Positions 51,250-63,965 of a stretch of DNA of 64,000 nucleotides are shown piece by piece (position 1 is the stretch's first letter; each line of letters begins with the position of its first letter). The notes under the pieces are model-generated. The model did not search any database. It saw nothing but the letters and a program-made list of their open reading frames with translations, and had not been told where the DNA came from. Made by a program: the position numbers and the translations under genes. Source of the stretch: Octopus sinensis (Eukaryota); assembly GCF_006345805.1 (NCBI RefSeq), contig NC_042998.1, positions 152,272,001 to 152,336,000 on the forward strand, in the 5' to 3' direction.

Positions 51250-51740
51250 CATCAACGAGTCTGTTGATTGCTGTTTTGACGATGTAAACCAAAATATTTC
51301 TTCTTTAGGTTACAGTAAATCTTTTTCATTTATTGTTTTAGTTCAACCTCAGCTCAAAAGCCTTCAATTGATTTAAACCGTCTAAGATACTGGTTGCTTA
51401 TGTATTAATAGATAACGCACATCATTATATTCTGGTTGCCCGCTAGGAGGGATTACCATACCAGACCATTTATTTCTTATTAGTTTCGTATGAAATTTGT
51501 TGTTCTTAAAATTCTGTGAAAATGTAACCCACTGGTTCGTTGAGGAACCAATAACGTCAAGGCTGTTACATCGCCATCATGTCATTCATGCTTCACCATC
51601 AAATTGAACGTTTTGTGGAGTGAGTTGATAGGAAAAGTTTCTTGACAGAATCCATATATTGTTCCAGAAATATTGTAGTTCAACTCATCACTCACCAATT
51701 ATAGCAATCAGGAATCTTATAACAAGTTCGCTTTATCTGG
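51250..51740 (-). pseudogene. Possible decayed PLE RT remnant
   Basis: Weak resemblance only (LDV..FHTKL..PSGQP). Confidence 0.3.
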
Positions 51741-51870
51741 AATATATTATAGTTATTATATGTATATTATATATTACAAAACATATATATATACACAAAA
51801 TATAATTATAGTTATATATATCATATATTATTCATAGTATAAAAAGTATACGCATATATTATATATATAA

Positions 51871-52085
51871 GGGGGGAGCTGATAGAGTCGTTGGCACGTT
51901 GGACAAAACGTTTAGCTGCGTATCTTCCAACTCATTGTATTCTGAGTTCAAATCCCGCCAAGGTCAACTTTGCTTTTCATTCCTTCGGTGATCGATAAAA
52001 TAAAGAGTCAGTCTAAAGGTCGATGAAATTGATTTCTTTCCTTCCCTCAAAATTGCTGGCCTTGAATCTTGAAACGCACCAGGAA
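51871..52085 (+). mobile_element. SINE family C, diverged
   Basis: GAGCTGATAGAGTCGTTGG..TTCTGAGTTCAAATCCCGCCAAGGTCAACTTTGCTTTTCATTCC. Confidence 0.75.
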
Positions 52086-52277
52086 GATTCGGTTACTTAT
52101 AAGGATGGGAACCAGATAATTGTCCTTTTGAGTCAAGAAAAATTATGCATCTTTTGTTTGGGAGAAACCGTTGCTAAATGTCAGCAATCGAATAAATATA
52201 TGTAGATATACAAAATTGAAGCACTTGAACAATCAGATGCAGTTGAAAATATCATTCATGCAATATGTGTGTGTATA

Positions 52278-52726
52278 CCGTAAATCCTCGAGTATAATCC
52301 GCATTTTTTCCCAAAATTTAAAGGTCAAAATCCCTAGTGCGTATTATATACGAGGTTAAAAATAAAAAATATTTTCATGTCTGAGTCTCTATTTGCTCTC
52401 CGGCAATGTTTGTTCAGGCGCATTTTATGATGTCGGGCGCGAAAATACCTTAAACTAAGCCAGAAAACAATGAAGTCATAAAAGTAAGCAACATTTATTA
52501 AAATAAAAGTATTCAGAACACAGAATAACATGTAACAAAAACAATTTGCAAACATATTTATAATCCCATATAACAGTTAAGAACATCACCATTATTATGT
52601 GCGGAAGTGTTTCTTCGACTAGGTGCTGCAGGCTTAATTACGCACGACTCAAGTTAGAAAAGGGGTGCGTATTATACACTAGGGTTAGGTTTTTCAATTC
52701 CCTGCTTATTATACTCGGGGATTTGC

Positions 52727-52728
<2 letters not shown>
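52278..52728 (+). mobile_element. Tc1/mariner (pogo-like) MITE, 451 bp, TA TSD
   Basis: TA|CCGTAAATCCTCGAGTATAAT...ATTATACTCGGGGATTTGCGG|TA. Confidence 0.9.
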
Positions 52729-52780
<52 letters not shown>

Positions 52781-52785
<5 letters not shown>

Positions 52786-52960
52786 TCAATCGTATTTATG
52801 CATTGCATTGATATTGTCTATTTATACATATTTGTGTATTTTGGACTTTTATTTCCATTTTATAGAGAATATATGTATTTATATAAGTTTTGGATGCATA
52901 TTTCAATTATGTTCTTTTAGACTTCGCCTGTGTTGCCTCCATAATAATATTATTTCGAAT
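52781..52960 (+). repeat. Dispersed direct repeat, second copy at 55128-55287
   Basis: AAATTCAATCGTATTTATG..CTTCGCCTGTGTTGCCTCCAT..ATATTATTTCG occurs in both. Confidence 0.85.
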
Positions 52961-53017
52961 ATGGCTCACAACGAGCACTACACTTTCCTTCTTTATTAAT
53001 GTGAATTTGTGTTAATA

Positions 53018-53228
53018 TTGGGTTATCCGAAAAGTTCGTGCCGATTTTTAAAGGAAAGAAAAAAGTCAATAAATTGAAATTTTTACCATTAAGACTATAC
53101 TGCAGAGACCTGAATAACTGTTCTAAATGGAGGTGTAGTCAAATCCTATTTTATGGACTCAACCATGTTCTAAAATAAGTCGAAAGGTAAGCTACTATAA
53201 ATCGGCACGAACTTTCCGGACAACCCAA
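53018..53228. mobile_element. Mariner-like MITE, 211 bp, 30-bp TIRs
   Basis: TTGGGTTATCCGAAAAGTTCGTGCCGATTT versus AAATCGGCACGAACTTTCCGGACAACCCAA (2 mismatches); TA on the left flank only. Confidence 0.88.
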
Positions 53229-53246
53229 GCTCTAATTAAACTATAT

Positions 53247-53324
<78 letters not shown>

Positions 53325-53408
53325 CGTGCTTTTATGATCTGAGTTATATATTTCTACTATTTGTACCATCTAACTTCTCTCCTCTCTTTTTATCTATCTC
53401 TGTCTCTG

Positions 53409-53447
<39 letters not shown>

Positions 53448-54429
53448 TTGATAACACAAATTATTCTTTGCAGATACCTAGGTGCTCTATGTCGGTCGGT
53501 ATGTCTGGTCTTTTAATATTGCTTTACAAAGTAGCGGAAAAATGTCCCACGTGACTTCCATATATTTTCCAAAAAATTTCTTGATATTTTATCATTTTTG
53601 TTCCATGCATTTCAGGGCATGTACCCGATGGTACTTTTCAAATGTTTTTCTCCAAACGTGTATGTTTTAAACGTAGCATATTACTATTCTACACAAAAAC
53701 AATCTTAGGGTTAGGGATTGGTGTTAGGATTTAAGAGAAGTATTTGAGTCACTATTAGGATTAAAGAATCAGTGATAAGTTGATTTACAGTTTTGAGATA
53801 AGGCCTTATATTTAGGATTTAAAGATAGGATTTGCTGTAAGCATTTAGAATGAGTGTTTTAGGTTAGGGTTAAGATTGTGCTTAATAGAAATTGGATGAC
53901 TGAAAATATTTAATATTGTGTATAATGTTTTGTAGAATCATAGAAATCGTATATATTTGAAACAATGAAATCTGATAAAATATTCTTAAAAACTGTCTTT
54001 TTTTTTTGCAAGATTTACGATAATTTAAATAAATTGCTTTGCAATGTTGCCGTTTATACCTTGAGTCCACATCTCGGGTAACGCTGGTGTTTCAGCTAGT
54101 AACATATATATAATTTTCTTAGTCTCTAGTATTTTAATCAAAATGAAACTAAATTTTTATCATTAATTATATTTATCCATTTCACACACACACATACACA
54201 CACTCACACACACTCACATATATATTCTTTCATATATTTTTCTTTCTTTCATCCTAGACTGTTTTTCTAAGGTTACCTTTCTCGATACTAACCTTTATTT
54301 ATTTTTCCGTGTAAAGGGCGACTCATCTACGTACACGTTTATATATCCACGCACATGCATCGATGTATATATGAATATGCGTGTGTATGTATGAGTGTAT
54401 GTTTCTATGCATATATTTGTATGTGTGAA

Positions 54430-54735
54430 TATGGCCGTGTAGTAAAAAGTTTGCTACTCAAACATACTACAGCCACGAGCCGATTGAAGCCTTGTGAGTG
54501 GATTTAGTTGGTGGAAATTGAAAATCTGTCGTGTATATACCTCTGCGTGTGTCACTGTGCCTGTGTTAGCCCCCAGCCCCACTGCTTGGTTTGTGTACGT
54601 CTCCGTAACTTAATGGTTCGGCAAAAGATACCGAGAGAATAAGTGTCAGGCTTAAAAAATAAGTACTGGGATATAGGGGTTCGTTAAACTAGATATTATA
54701 TGGTGGCACTCTAATGACTGAAACAAATAAAAGAT
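54430..54735 (+). mobile_element. SINE family B, diverged and deleted
   Basis: AAGCCTTGTGAGTGGATTT, CCGTAACTTAATGGTTCGGCAAAA, ATGACTGAAACAAATAAAAG. Confidence 0.75.
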
Positions 54736-54895
54736 AAAAAAGTTATATATATATATAACACTAAGCAAAAGGACGCCCTGGGTGTCTAACCTGTTGAAAA
54801 ATAGGAGTCAAAACCCCAATGAACCACACAGGCGCACAGTGAAAGAATTAAAAACATCATTAAAGATAGTGCCATTCGGATATGAACTTAGAGTA

Positions 54896-54979
54896 ACATC
54901 CTGATGAGGGGAGTGCCTTGATTAGTAATATGAAATATGTCATATTCCTTGGCACATCTCTGAAACGGCCCATAGATGT
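54896..54979 (+). ncRNA. Hammerhead motif with damaged stem III
   Basis: acatc CTGATGA ggggagtgcc..ggcacatctct GAAA cggccca TA gatgt. Confidence 0.6.
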
Positions 54980-55479
54980 GATGTTTATATATATATATTT
55001 TTTTCTTTCGTTGGTTTTAATATGTTTTTAATACTTAAAAATTTCAAGTTAAATTTTTAATTTCATCATACAATGTACGATTTTAAATGTAATTACAAAT
55101 ATTTTCTTAAATTCAACCGTTTTTATTTAAATTCAATCGTATTTATGTATTGCATTGATATCGTCTATTTATATATATATTTGTGTATTTTGGACTTTTA
55201 TTTCCATTTTATAGTTTTGGATCCGTATTTCAATTATGTTCTTTTAGTCTTCGCCTGTGTTGCCTCCATGATAATATTATTTCGTATATATTTATATACA
55301 ATTGACAGAAGTAAATAGATACCTTTATACTCGTTAAAATTAATCTATATCTGAAATTATATATTCAAATTATTTATTAATTATTATAATGTGAATATCT
55401 AATATTTAGTAGACATGCCCATTACATTTTTCAATGCAATGACCCAGTTAGGTATGCGACTGGCCAGATGACGAAAATA

Positions 55480-56320
55480 TTCTCGAGGAATTTCTGGTAA
55501 TCTCAAAAGATCTGGCTTTGAATATTCTTTGTTGTCCTTTTATGAAGTGTTCTGTTCATTATAACCCAGAAGTGTCCAATAGGGTTCATATCTGGCGGCT
55601 AGCTTGGTCATAGAAGCTTTTTAATGCCATTTTCTTTCAACCAACCTTGGGTCTTTTTAGCCGTGTGACAAGGAGCCATATCTTCCATAAAGAAAGTCTT
55701 CTTTAATCATCTTACTACTGGAGAAAGATTGGAAGGAGTCCTTTCTGCAATATGAACACATATTTATCTGAGTTTATGTTTCCCTCACATTCCACCAGTT
55801 CTAATCAGCCATTGCTCCAAATTGCTCCCCAGACATTACAGAATAGCTGCCGTGTTTCATTGTTGGCTGCAAATTTGAACTCGTCAGTGAATATGACAGT
55901 GTTTCAATGCTAGTAACCTCTCCACTATCTCACTGTCTCAATCTTTTCTCCGCTTGATATTGACTGGTCGAAGAATTGACTTCCTTCTTGCTGATCTGTC
56001 ATAGCAGCCAAGTTTGTGGAGATACCTGACAGCTGTTCTGACATTGACATCAATCTGTTCTATGTCAGAAACCTTACAATGGAAATTATCCTTCGCACTT
56101 CACTTAATACAGCGAAGGCTCTTATCAGAGGGCCCTGGTCAACCTGTGCGAGGTAATGTGGACTCCTTGCCCTCCAAACCGAAATGCACAATCATTCTAC
56201 TAACTGTAGAAAGCGGGATCCCAAGGTTTTCTGACTAGATCCATCTCCGATTGACTCACAATACGGCCCCTTTGAAATACAGACAGTTCCATGCCTTCTT
56301 TTGTATGTGGTATGATTAGT
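55480..56320 (-). pseudogene. Tc1-family transposase pseudogene, internally deleted
   Basis: ELSVFQRGRIV, PLSTVSR, PRTG*PGP, VIFTDEFKF, NVWGAI..G..NSDKYVFIL, FMEDMAPCHTAK, P..PPDMNPIGHFW; TIRs not found. Confidence 0.88.
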
Positions 56321-56447
56321 CACAGATAGAACCTGAAATATAAATATGTCGATTAATAAAAAATACAAACTTTTTCAAGTTAAAATAAGCATAAAACGAT
56401 GTTTTATAGGGTGTCTATTTACTTCTGTCACGTTTGTGTATTATATA

Positions 56448-56539
<92 letters not shown>

Positions 56540-56541
<2 letters not shown>

Positions 56542-56742
56542 ATCCAAACATGAAAACACAAAGAAAAAACACAACAACGCGAGGACGTGGAACAAGTATA
56601 GTATTATTGGACGCCCAGGAAAGAAGGAAAGAAGGAGAGTTTAACGTTTCGAGCGGAGCTCATCGTCAGAAACATAGGAAAATGAAAGATCCAAAGAAGG
56701 GAAGACGATGGAAAAAAATCGCCAACGGTACACACGCGGTCA
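56540..56742 (-). mobile_element. Solo PLE pLTR fragment related to 33830-34075
   Basis: Shares GCTCGAAACGTTAAA and TTTCCTG.GCG.C.A..TAATA with the 33.9-kb pLTR. Confidence 0.7.
56639..56673 (-). ncRNA. Minimal 35-nt type I hammerhead, intact core
   Basis: gttt CTGACGA t gagc-tcc-gctc GAAA cg TT aaac. Confidence 0.8.
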
Positions 56743-56750
56743 TATATATA

Positions 56751-56786
<36 letters not shown>

Positions 56787-56800
56787 TGTATGTATGTATG

Positions 56801-57091
<291 letters not shown>

Positions 57092-57166
57092 TTTATGTTG
57101 AAATAAAATTCACGATCCTTGGACACTAGTTGAAATTGATATTATTTAATATTATTAATTTCCACT

Positions 57167-57237
<71 letters not shown>

Positions 57238-57238
<1 letters not shown>

Positions 57239-57470
57239 TTATTTATTAATTTGTTATTATATAACAAATTGGAGTTAAACGTGTTAATTGCTAACAAGGG
57301 AAAATACACACATCTATATATATATATAAGTAAATAAATGGAGTTGAACGAAGATGATATTAAAATTCTTTTACTTTCGACATATGTCGATATATATATA
57401 TATATATATCGACATACGTCGAAAGTAAAAGAATTTTAATATCATCTTCGTTCAACTCCATTTATTTACT

Positions 57471-57547
<77 letters not shown>

Positions 57548-57634
57548 GTGTGTGTGTGTGTTTTTCCCTTGTTAGCAATTAACACGTTTAACTCCATTTA
57601 CATATATATATATGATAACAAATTAATAAATAAA
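57238..57634. repeat. Composite palindrome centred on (TA)n at about 57400
   Basis: Three mirrored blocks: TTTATTAATTTGTTAT, GGAGTTAAACGTGTTAATTGCTAACAAGGG and AAGTAAATAAATGGAGTTGAACG..TCGACATATGTCGA. Confidence 0.92.
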
Positions 57635-58702
57635 ACATATGCATATATACATGAATATATGTACATACCTACATCCCTATGTATATATACATGCATATAT
57701 GGGTACAGGACACCAAAAATCGTAGGACACAACGAGAAACGAAAAACATAAAAACAAAAACATAGAAACGGACTTTTTCAAACAACGAAAAAACAGAGTA
57801 CAAGACATACAACACAAGGGATATTCCCCTTCTTCAGCTGCCCCTACTTCGACTACTCCGTGTTTCGAAGGTAAGGGCAAAACACGACTTCGATGAAACA
57901 ATCCTTCCCGCAAAGCAAATTAAATGAAATTTGGGATTTTTTGCGGAGGGGTAAAAGTGGTGACAAGAACAGGACAGTAAAAACAAAACAAGACAGTAAA
58001 AGCAATACAAATAAAAAGAGTAAAAGACAGGACAAGGAGAATAACACAGCAAAAACAAAAGATAAGGGCTTTCTCTTACTCCTCCTCCTCCCTCTCGTCG
58101 CTGACCAGAGGGTGCTAACTTTCTTTCTGACTACTGCCTTTAACAAGTCTACACGGCTTCTCCTGTCCACGTAAGCCGTTTCCTCAATGCGCTCAAAATA
58201 ATTTTTCCATCGTCTCGGCTTAAAGGCTCTTATCGTTTGTTTTTACTGTGTTATTCTCCTTGTCCTGTCTTTTACTGATTTTAATAGTATTGCTTTTACT
58301 GTCTTGTTTTGTTTTTACTGTCCTGTTCTTGTCACCACTTTTACCCCTCCGCAAAAAATCCCAAATTTTATTTAATTTGCTTTGCTGGAAGGGCTGTTTC
58401 AACGAAGTCATGTCTTGCCCTTACCTTTGAAACACGGAGTAGTCGAAGCAAGGGCATCTGAAGAAGGGGAATACTCCTTGTGCTGTAGTCTTGTACTCTG
58501 TTTTTTCGTTGTTTGAAAAGGTCCGTTTCCATGTTTTTGTTTCTCGTTGTGTCCTACGTTTTTTGGCGTCCTGTACCCATATATGCATGTATATATACAT
58601 ATAGATGTAGGTATACTCTTTACTCTTTTACTTGTTTTAGTCAGGTATGTACATATATGTATGTATATGTGCATATGTTTTATTTATTAATTTATTATTA
58701 TA
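57611..58702. repeat. 1.1-kb fold-back: arms about 460 and 477 bp, 156-bp spacer
   Basis: 57611-58069 is the reverse complement of 58226-58702, with scattered substitutions and small indels. Confidence 0.93.
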
Positions 58703-58954
58703 TGATCGAACGCCACGCATCCACTTCCAAGTAAGTTTTATCTATCTATCTATATGTGTGTGTGTGTGTGTGTGTTTGCATGTGTGTGTATGTATGTAAA
58801 TATATATATATATATATATATTAGAGGAAAGACGAGAATAAAAACATAAGCAGGACGAGTATCTCAAGTCATTTAGAATGTTTAATTAGAGTAAGGTGAA
58901 TTTAAGGTAATTAATTAATTAGTTATTTAATTAATTAATTAATTAATTATTGGA

Positions 58955-59032
58955 TGTCTCACAGCTGTTTCTGGGATATCCCAAGTGATAGGTTAGCATC
59001 TCCATACACTGGGTACTCCTTCATCAGAGACA
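58955..59032 (-). ncRNA. Hammerhead motif with G at the cleavage position
   Basis: tgtct CTGATGA a ggagtacc..gggatatccc a GAAA cagctg TG agaca. Confidence 0.65.
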
Positions 59033-59912
59033 AAGTGAGTACGTATGAAAGTTCTAGACAGGGAATTCACAGTTTATAAAGGAATGAAATAGTAGATATA
59101 AGGATAAAGCGTAAAACAATAGATAGAAGAATACAGACAGGATATGGAGGTTGGTCCGTACTTAAGTATAATCCCAGGTAAATCCAGACAGTATTTTGAA
59201 TATTGCATTCATGTTGACGGAATACATCAAGTGGTTAGCTAGTATGAAAATGGTCCGTGCGGGTATAAAGAGTTAGAAAGACAGACATCATGATAAATAC
59301 ATATGGTTTGTGTGTGAGTGAATAGAAGAGTGAATATTTAGTTCAGTGGTCTGTAAGGATAGCTAAAAATAGCTAAAAATAGATGCCTAACTTAAGGATC
59401 AAAAATACAATTAAATTGTATAAAAGATTTTTAAAAATAGATAAAAGATGAAAAATTAAAGAATTAAAAAGTTAAAAATTGAAAATTAAAAATGAAAAAA
59501 GATTATAGATTAAAAATTTAAAAGGTTATTGCAGCTAGCTAGCTTTTAAGATACTTATGCTGATACATGAAAGGGAAAACGTACGTATATTACAACGACT
59601 GTTGATGTATATAGGCAAGTGTTGTGTATACTGATTTTGATTGCATTTGGATCTATGGAAAAATCTAAAGGTATGATAGAACTTATGTTTACATGTAGAA
59701 AATGCATCGTGCTGTATATTAAGTAATTGTGACGAATCATGAATTAATATTTGGAGGGCTTCTTTCAGGCAGAGTCCATGTGTGGAGCGCTGGCCTTGGT
59801 ATGGGACACCAGAATCTATTATGGCCTAGGATACCCTACATGGTATTTTCCTATTTATCAGATGATATATGTGTTTGGTTAATGCGATCACTACTACTAC
59901 TACTACTACTAC

Positions 59913-60059
<147 letters not shown>

Positions 60060-60078
60060 CAACAACAACAACAACAAC

Positions 60079-60128
<50 letters not shown>

Positions 60129-60438
60129 CAACAATAACAATAATAATATGCTCCTCATATCTAAATGAGTTCAGGCATGCAGAATATCTGTTTAAAGTTA
60201 ATTGTAGACCCGATGTAATGGCTAGTAAAATTGTGTAATATGTTGCGGACTATGCATTTATATACCACGTTAAATCTTCTGCAATTGGGCTTGCTGTGGG
60301 TATTCGGTTCCGGGTCGGCAATTGCAGCTACCTGTCTTACGTGGGTTAGTTGTAGAAAGGGCTAATGCTGTACTATCTATGGACAAGCTAAAGTTTAAGA
60401 CGGTATTAGGGAATTGGCTCGTATTATTATTATTGTTG

Positions 60439-60474
<36 letters not shown>

Positions 60475-60493
60475 GCAGTAGTAGTAGTAGTAA

Positions 60494-60564
<71 letters not shown>

Positions 60565-60825
60565 ATCGCATTAATATTATTAACATTAGCAGTAGTAAGG
60601 CTATTAGTATTAACATTCGTTTTAGCCGTACTCCGACCTTCCTCAGAAGCGAGGATATTCGTAACCTGGTTTATGATGGTTATAGCGCTAGGGTTACGGG
60701 TGTGGTATATGCTACCATGGTCGGGGTTAGAATTGTTTCTGCATTGGCCTATATTATGATAATATATATTTTATTCCTTTATAAGCTGTGAGTTCCCTAT
60801 CTAGAACTTTCATACATACTCACCT

Positions 60826-60903
60826 TGTCTCTGATAACGGAATACCCAGTGTATAGAGATGCTAACCTATCACTTGGTATATTCCAGAAACAGCTGTAAG
60901 GCA
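60826..60903 (+). ncRNA. Hammerhead motif with G8A substitution
   Basis: tgtct CTGATAA c ggaata..tattcc a GAAA cagctg TA aggca. Confidence 0.6.
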
Positions 60904-61188
60904 TCCAGTAATTTATTAATTAATTAGTTAATTACCTTAAATTCACCTTATTCTAATTAAATATTCTAAATAACTTGAGATACTCATCCTGCCTTGGTTT
61001 TGTTGTCCTTTTTCCTCTAATCTATACCTGCTAACTCGGAAGCCTACTATGGATCCTTAGCTGTGAACTTTGAACATAACGGATGACTAATTATAGCACT
61101 TATACAGCGTTCCTGTGTTTAGATCACCAGTTAACTAAACCTCTAATATTCTCTCTCTCACTCTCTCTTACTCTCTCTCCCTCTCTCC

Positions 61189-61262
<74 letters not shown>

Positions 61263-61291
61263 GTATATATATATATGCATACATATACATG

Positions 61292-61326
<35 letters not shown>

Positions 61327-61907
61327 GCATGTATGTGTGCATGTAAGTATATGCGTATGCATGAGTGCATGTATGAATGAACTATTTTTATAGCACACCT
61401 TTTCTAAACATTCAGTGATAATTAAAAGGTGCTATGATAGACATATGTTTTAAGAAAAGCATCCCAATACTTCTACCCTAATCAAACTGAAATATCTACT
61501 TCGGAAAATCGAAAGTTTCATCAAAACGATGAGACAAAGAATTTACTTTATAAAAAGATTTTGTCAGAGGCCATAAATAACTTAACACTTTTATGGTGTA
61601 AAAACGGTAAAACGTCCTCCACCAAGTAATTGTCAACAGCCAGTCAAAGTTTTCAATTTTATGTGTTCAAACAGATCCAATTGAGAAGAAAGATCAACTC
61701 TTTCCCGAATGAATAAGACTAATCTGTTCAAAATAAACATTTATTTTTAACCTTTTCGTTGAATCTGATAAAAAAAAACCTATATCAGATTAAGAACTTA
61801 GCATCGATTTCTATTCACTCCTGTTCTGCACACACACACATACACACACACAGATACATATATATATATATATATATATTAGTATGTATATATATGTCTA
61901 TATATAC

Positions 61908-61940
<33 letters not shown>

Positions 61941-62169
61941 CATATATATACGAATATAAACAAGAAGGGTAGTAATATTATTTACTACCAGGTGCCCAGC
62001 ACAAAAGACGAATTAGTCATAAGACAAAAATATTATTCATATAGAAAAATATTATTCATGTAGTTATACAATTAAGGGCTCCTAAATTAAGATGCCGTGT
62101 GCTGGGAACACAAAAAGGGGATGAATTTATCGAGAGTGAAAATCAAAAACGTTTACCGATAACTTTAAC

Positions 62170-62247
62170 AACTCGAACCGCACGGTTTCTGCTTCTTTCT
62201 AGCAAAACACAGAATATGTTTGCTAAGGCTGGCTTCGTCAGCGAGTC
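62170..62247 (-). ncRNA. Type I hammerhead motif, unit 1
   Basis: gactcg CTGACGA a gc[..tagcaaa..tttgcta..]gc a GAAA ccg-tg-cgg TT cgagtt; core intact, base of stem II weak. Confidence 0.75.
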
Positions 62248-62625
62248 GCCTAAATTGAATCGAGGTCTGCAGCGATGTGGGACCATGTGTTGATCCCGAC
62301 TACTAGCAGATCTTAACTTTTCAAATCTCTGCGCAGACGCAAAACTTACACGGCAGTATAGGGCATGCCGGGAAAAATTTTACGAATAAATCCATCATGT
62401 AATATGCGAATATAAACAAAACGGGTAGTAATATTATTTACTACCAGGTGCCCAGCACAAAAGACGAATTAGTCATAAGACAAAAATATTATTCATATAG
62501 AAAAATATTATTCATGTAGTTATACAATTAAGGGCTCCTAAATTAAGATGCCGAGTGCTGGGAACACAAAAAGGGGATGAATTTATCGAGAGTGAAAATC
62601 AAAAACGTTTACCGATAACTTTAAC

Positions 62626-62703
62626 AACTCGAACCGCACGGTTTCTGCTTCTTTCTAGCAAAACACAGAATATGTTTGCTAAGGCTGGCTTCGTCAGCGA
62701 GTC
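62626..62703 (-). ncRNA. Type I hammerhead motif, unit 2
   Basis: Identical to the 62170-62247 motif. Confidence 0.75.
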
Positions 62704-62956
62704 GCCTAAATTGAATCGAGGTCTGCAGCGATGTGGGACCATGTGTTGATCCCGACTACTAGCAGATCTTAACATTTCAAATCTCTGCGCAGACGCAAAA
62801 CTTACACGGCAGTATAGGGCATGCCGGGAAGAATTTTACGAATAAATCCATCATGTAATATGCGAATATGTATATATATGTATATATATACATATATATA
62901 TGTATATATATGTATATATAGACATATATATACATATATATATATGTAAGTATGTT

Positions 62957-63012
<56 letters not shown>

Positions 63013-63489
63013 TATATGTATATATAAGTATATATATACGTATATATAGACATATATATATATATACATATATATATAAATATGTAAGTATGTTTGTATA
63101 TATGTAACATTTGTGTATATATATATATATATATACATGTATATACATATATATGTATGTATGTATGTATATGTAGGTCACTAAAATAGATTTACACGTG
63201 TATATATTTGTAAATGTGTATGTCTGTATATGTGTATATGGATAGATGAATATGTATCTAGTTACAAACCCATTTCTTACTCTTGTTTTTATCACTGCAT
63301 GTCCTTTATTTGCTCTACTATTTCATTCTGAAAAATTGTTGACTACTTGGCATTACGTTCCCTCCTCATTCAGAGCTGGTTGTAAAAGCTACACGGCTCT
63401 CAAAAACTTTTTCTCGAAATGAAGATAACTTCAATAAGCCAATATCTATCTATCTATAACCCATATCTATCTATCATTATTACTGTTTT

Positions 63490-63886
63490 GCTCCCTCTTT
63501 ATACCCGCGTGGACCATTTTCATACTAGCTAACCACTTAATCTATTCCTTCAACATGAACGCAACATTCAAAATACTGCCTGGATTTAGCTGTGACTTAA
63601 GGACCTATACCTTGACGAAAGTATGGACCAACCTCCATACCCGCTGGAAGAAGATGAGCTATGAACTTTATTCTCCTGTCTGTATTCTTCTATCTACTGT
63701 TTTACTCTTTATTCTTCTACTGTTTTATTCCTTTATAAGCTGTGAGTTCCCTATCTAGAACTTTCATACATACTCACCTTGTCTCTGATAACGGAATACC
63801 CAGTGTATAGAGATGCTAACCTATCACTTGGTATATCCCAGAAACAGCTGTAAGGCATCCAATAATTTATTAATTAATTAGTTAAT

Positions 63887-63893
<7 letters not shown>
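63490..63893 (+). mobile_element. PLE 3' region/pLTR, same family as 58820-59300, containing a G8A hammerhead motif at 63780-63857
   Basis: 63720-63893 is nearly identical to 60770-60940; 63490-63720 aligns with the reverse complement of 59090-59290. Confidence 0.85.

Positions 63894-63965
<72 letters not shown>

Larger units (their letters stand above)
61951..62869 (-). mobile_element. Head-to-tail dimer of a 456-bp unit, one hammerhead per unit (candidate non-LTR retrozyme)
   Basis: Units start at 61951 and 62407; nearly identical (identical 64-aa ORFs 456 bp apart); CGAATAT at both ends and at the junction; flanked by (TA)n. Confidence 0.8.

Noticed and set aside
58400-58490. Possible type II hammerhead (GAAA..GTC..CTGAAGA) in the fold-back arms
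   Set aside because: Stem I cannot be paired in either arm.
59729-59890. Plus-strand YLSDD and GLGMG as RT motifs
   Set aside because: The minus strand gives a much better GIY-YIG C-terminal match continuous with 60170-60420.
62099-62749. Duplicated 64-aa ORF as a peptide gene
   Set aside because: It has a non-ATG start and no known motif, and lies antisense to the hammerhead; its identity is explained by the duplication.
61951-62869. CRISPR-like or satellite array
   Set aside because: There are only two long units with no spacers, in a eukaryotic context.
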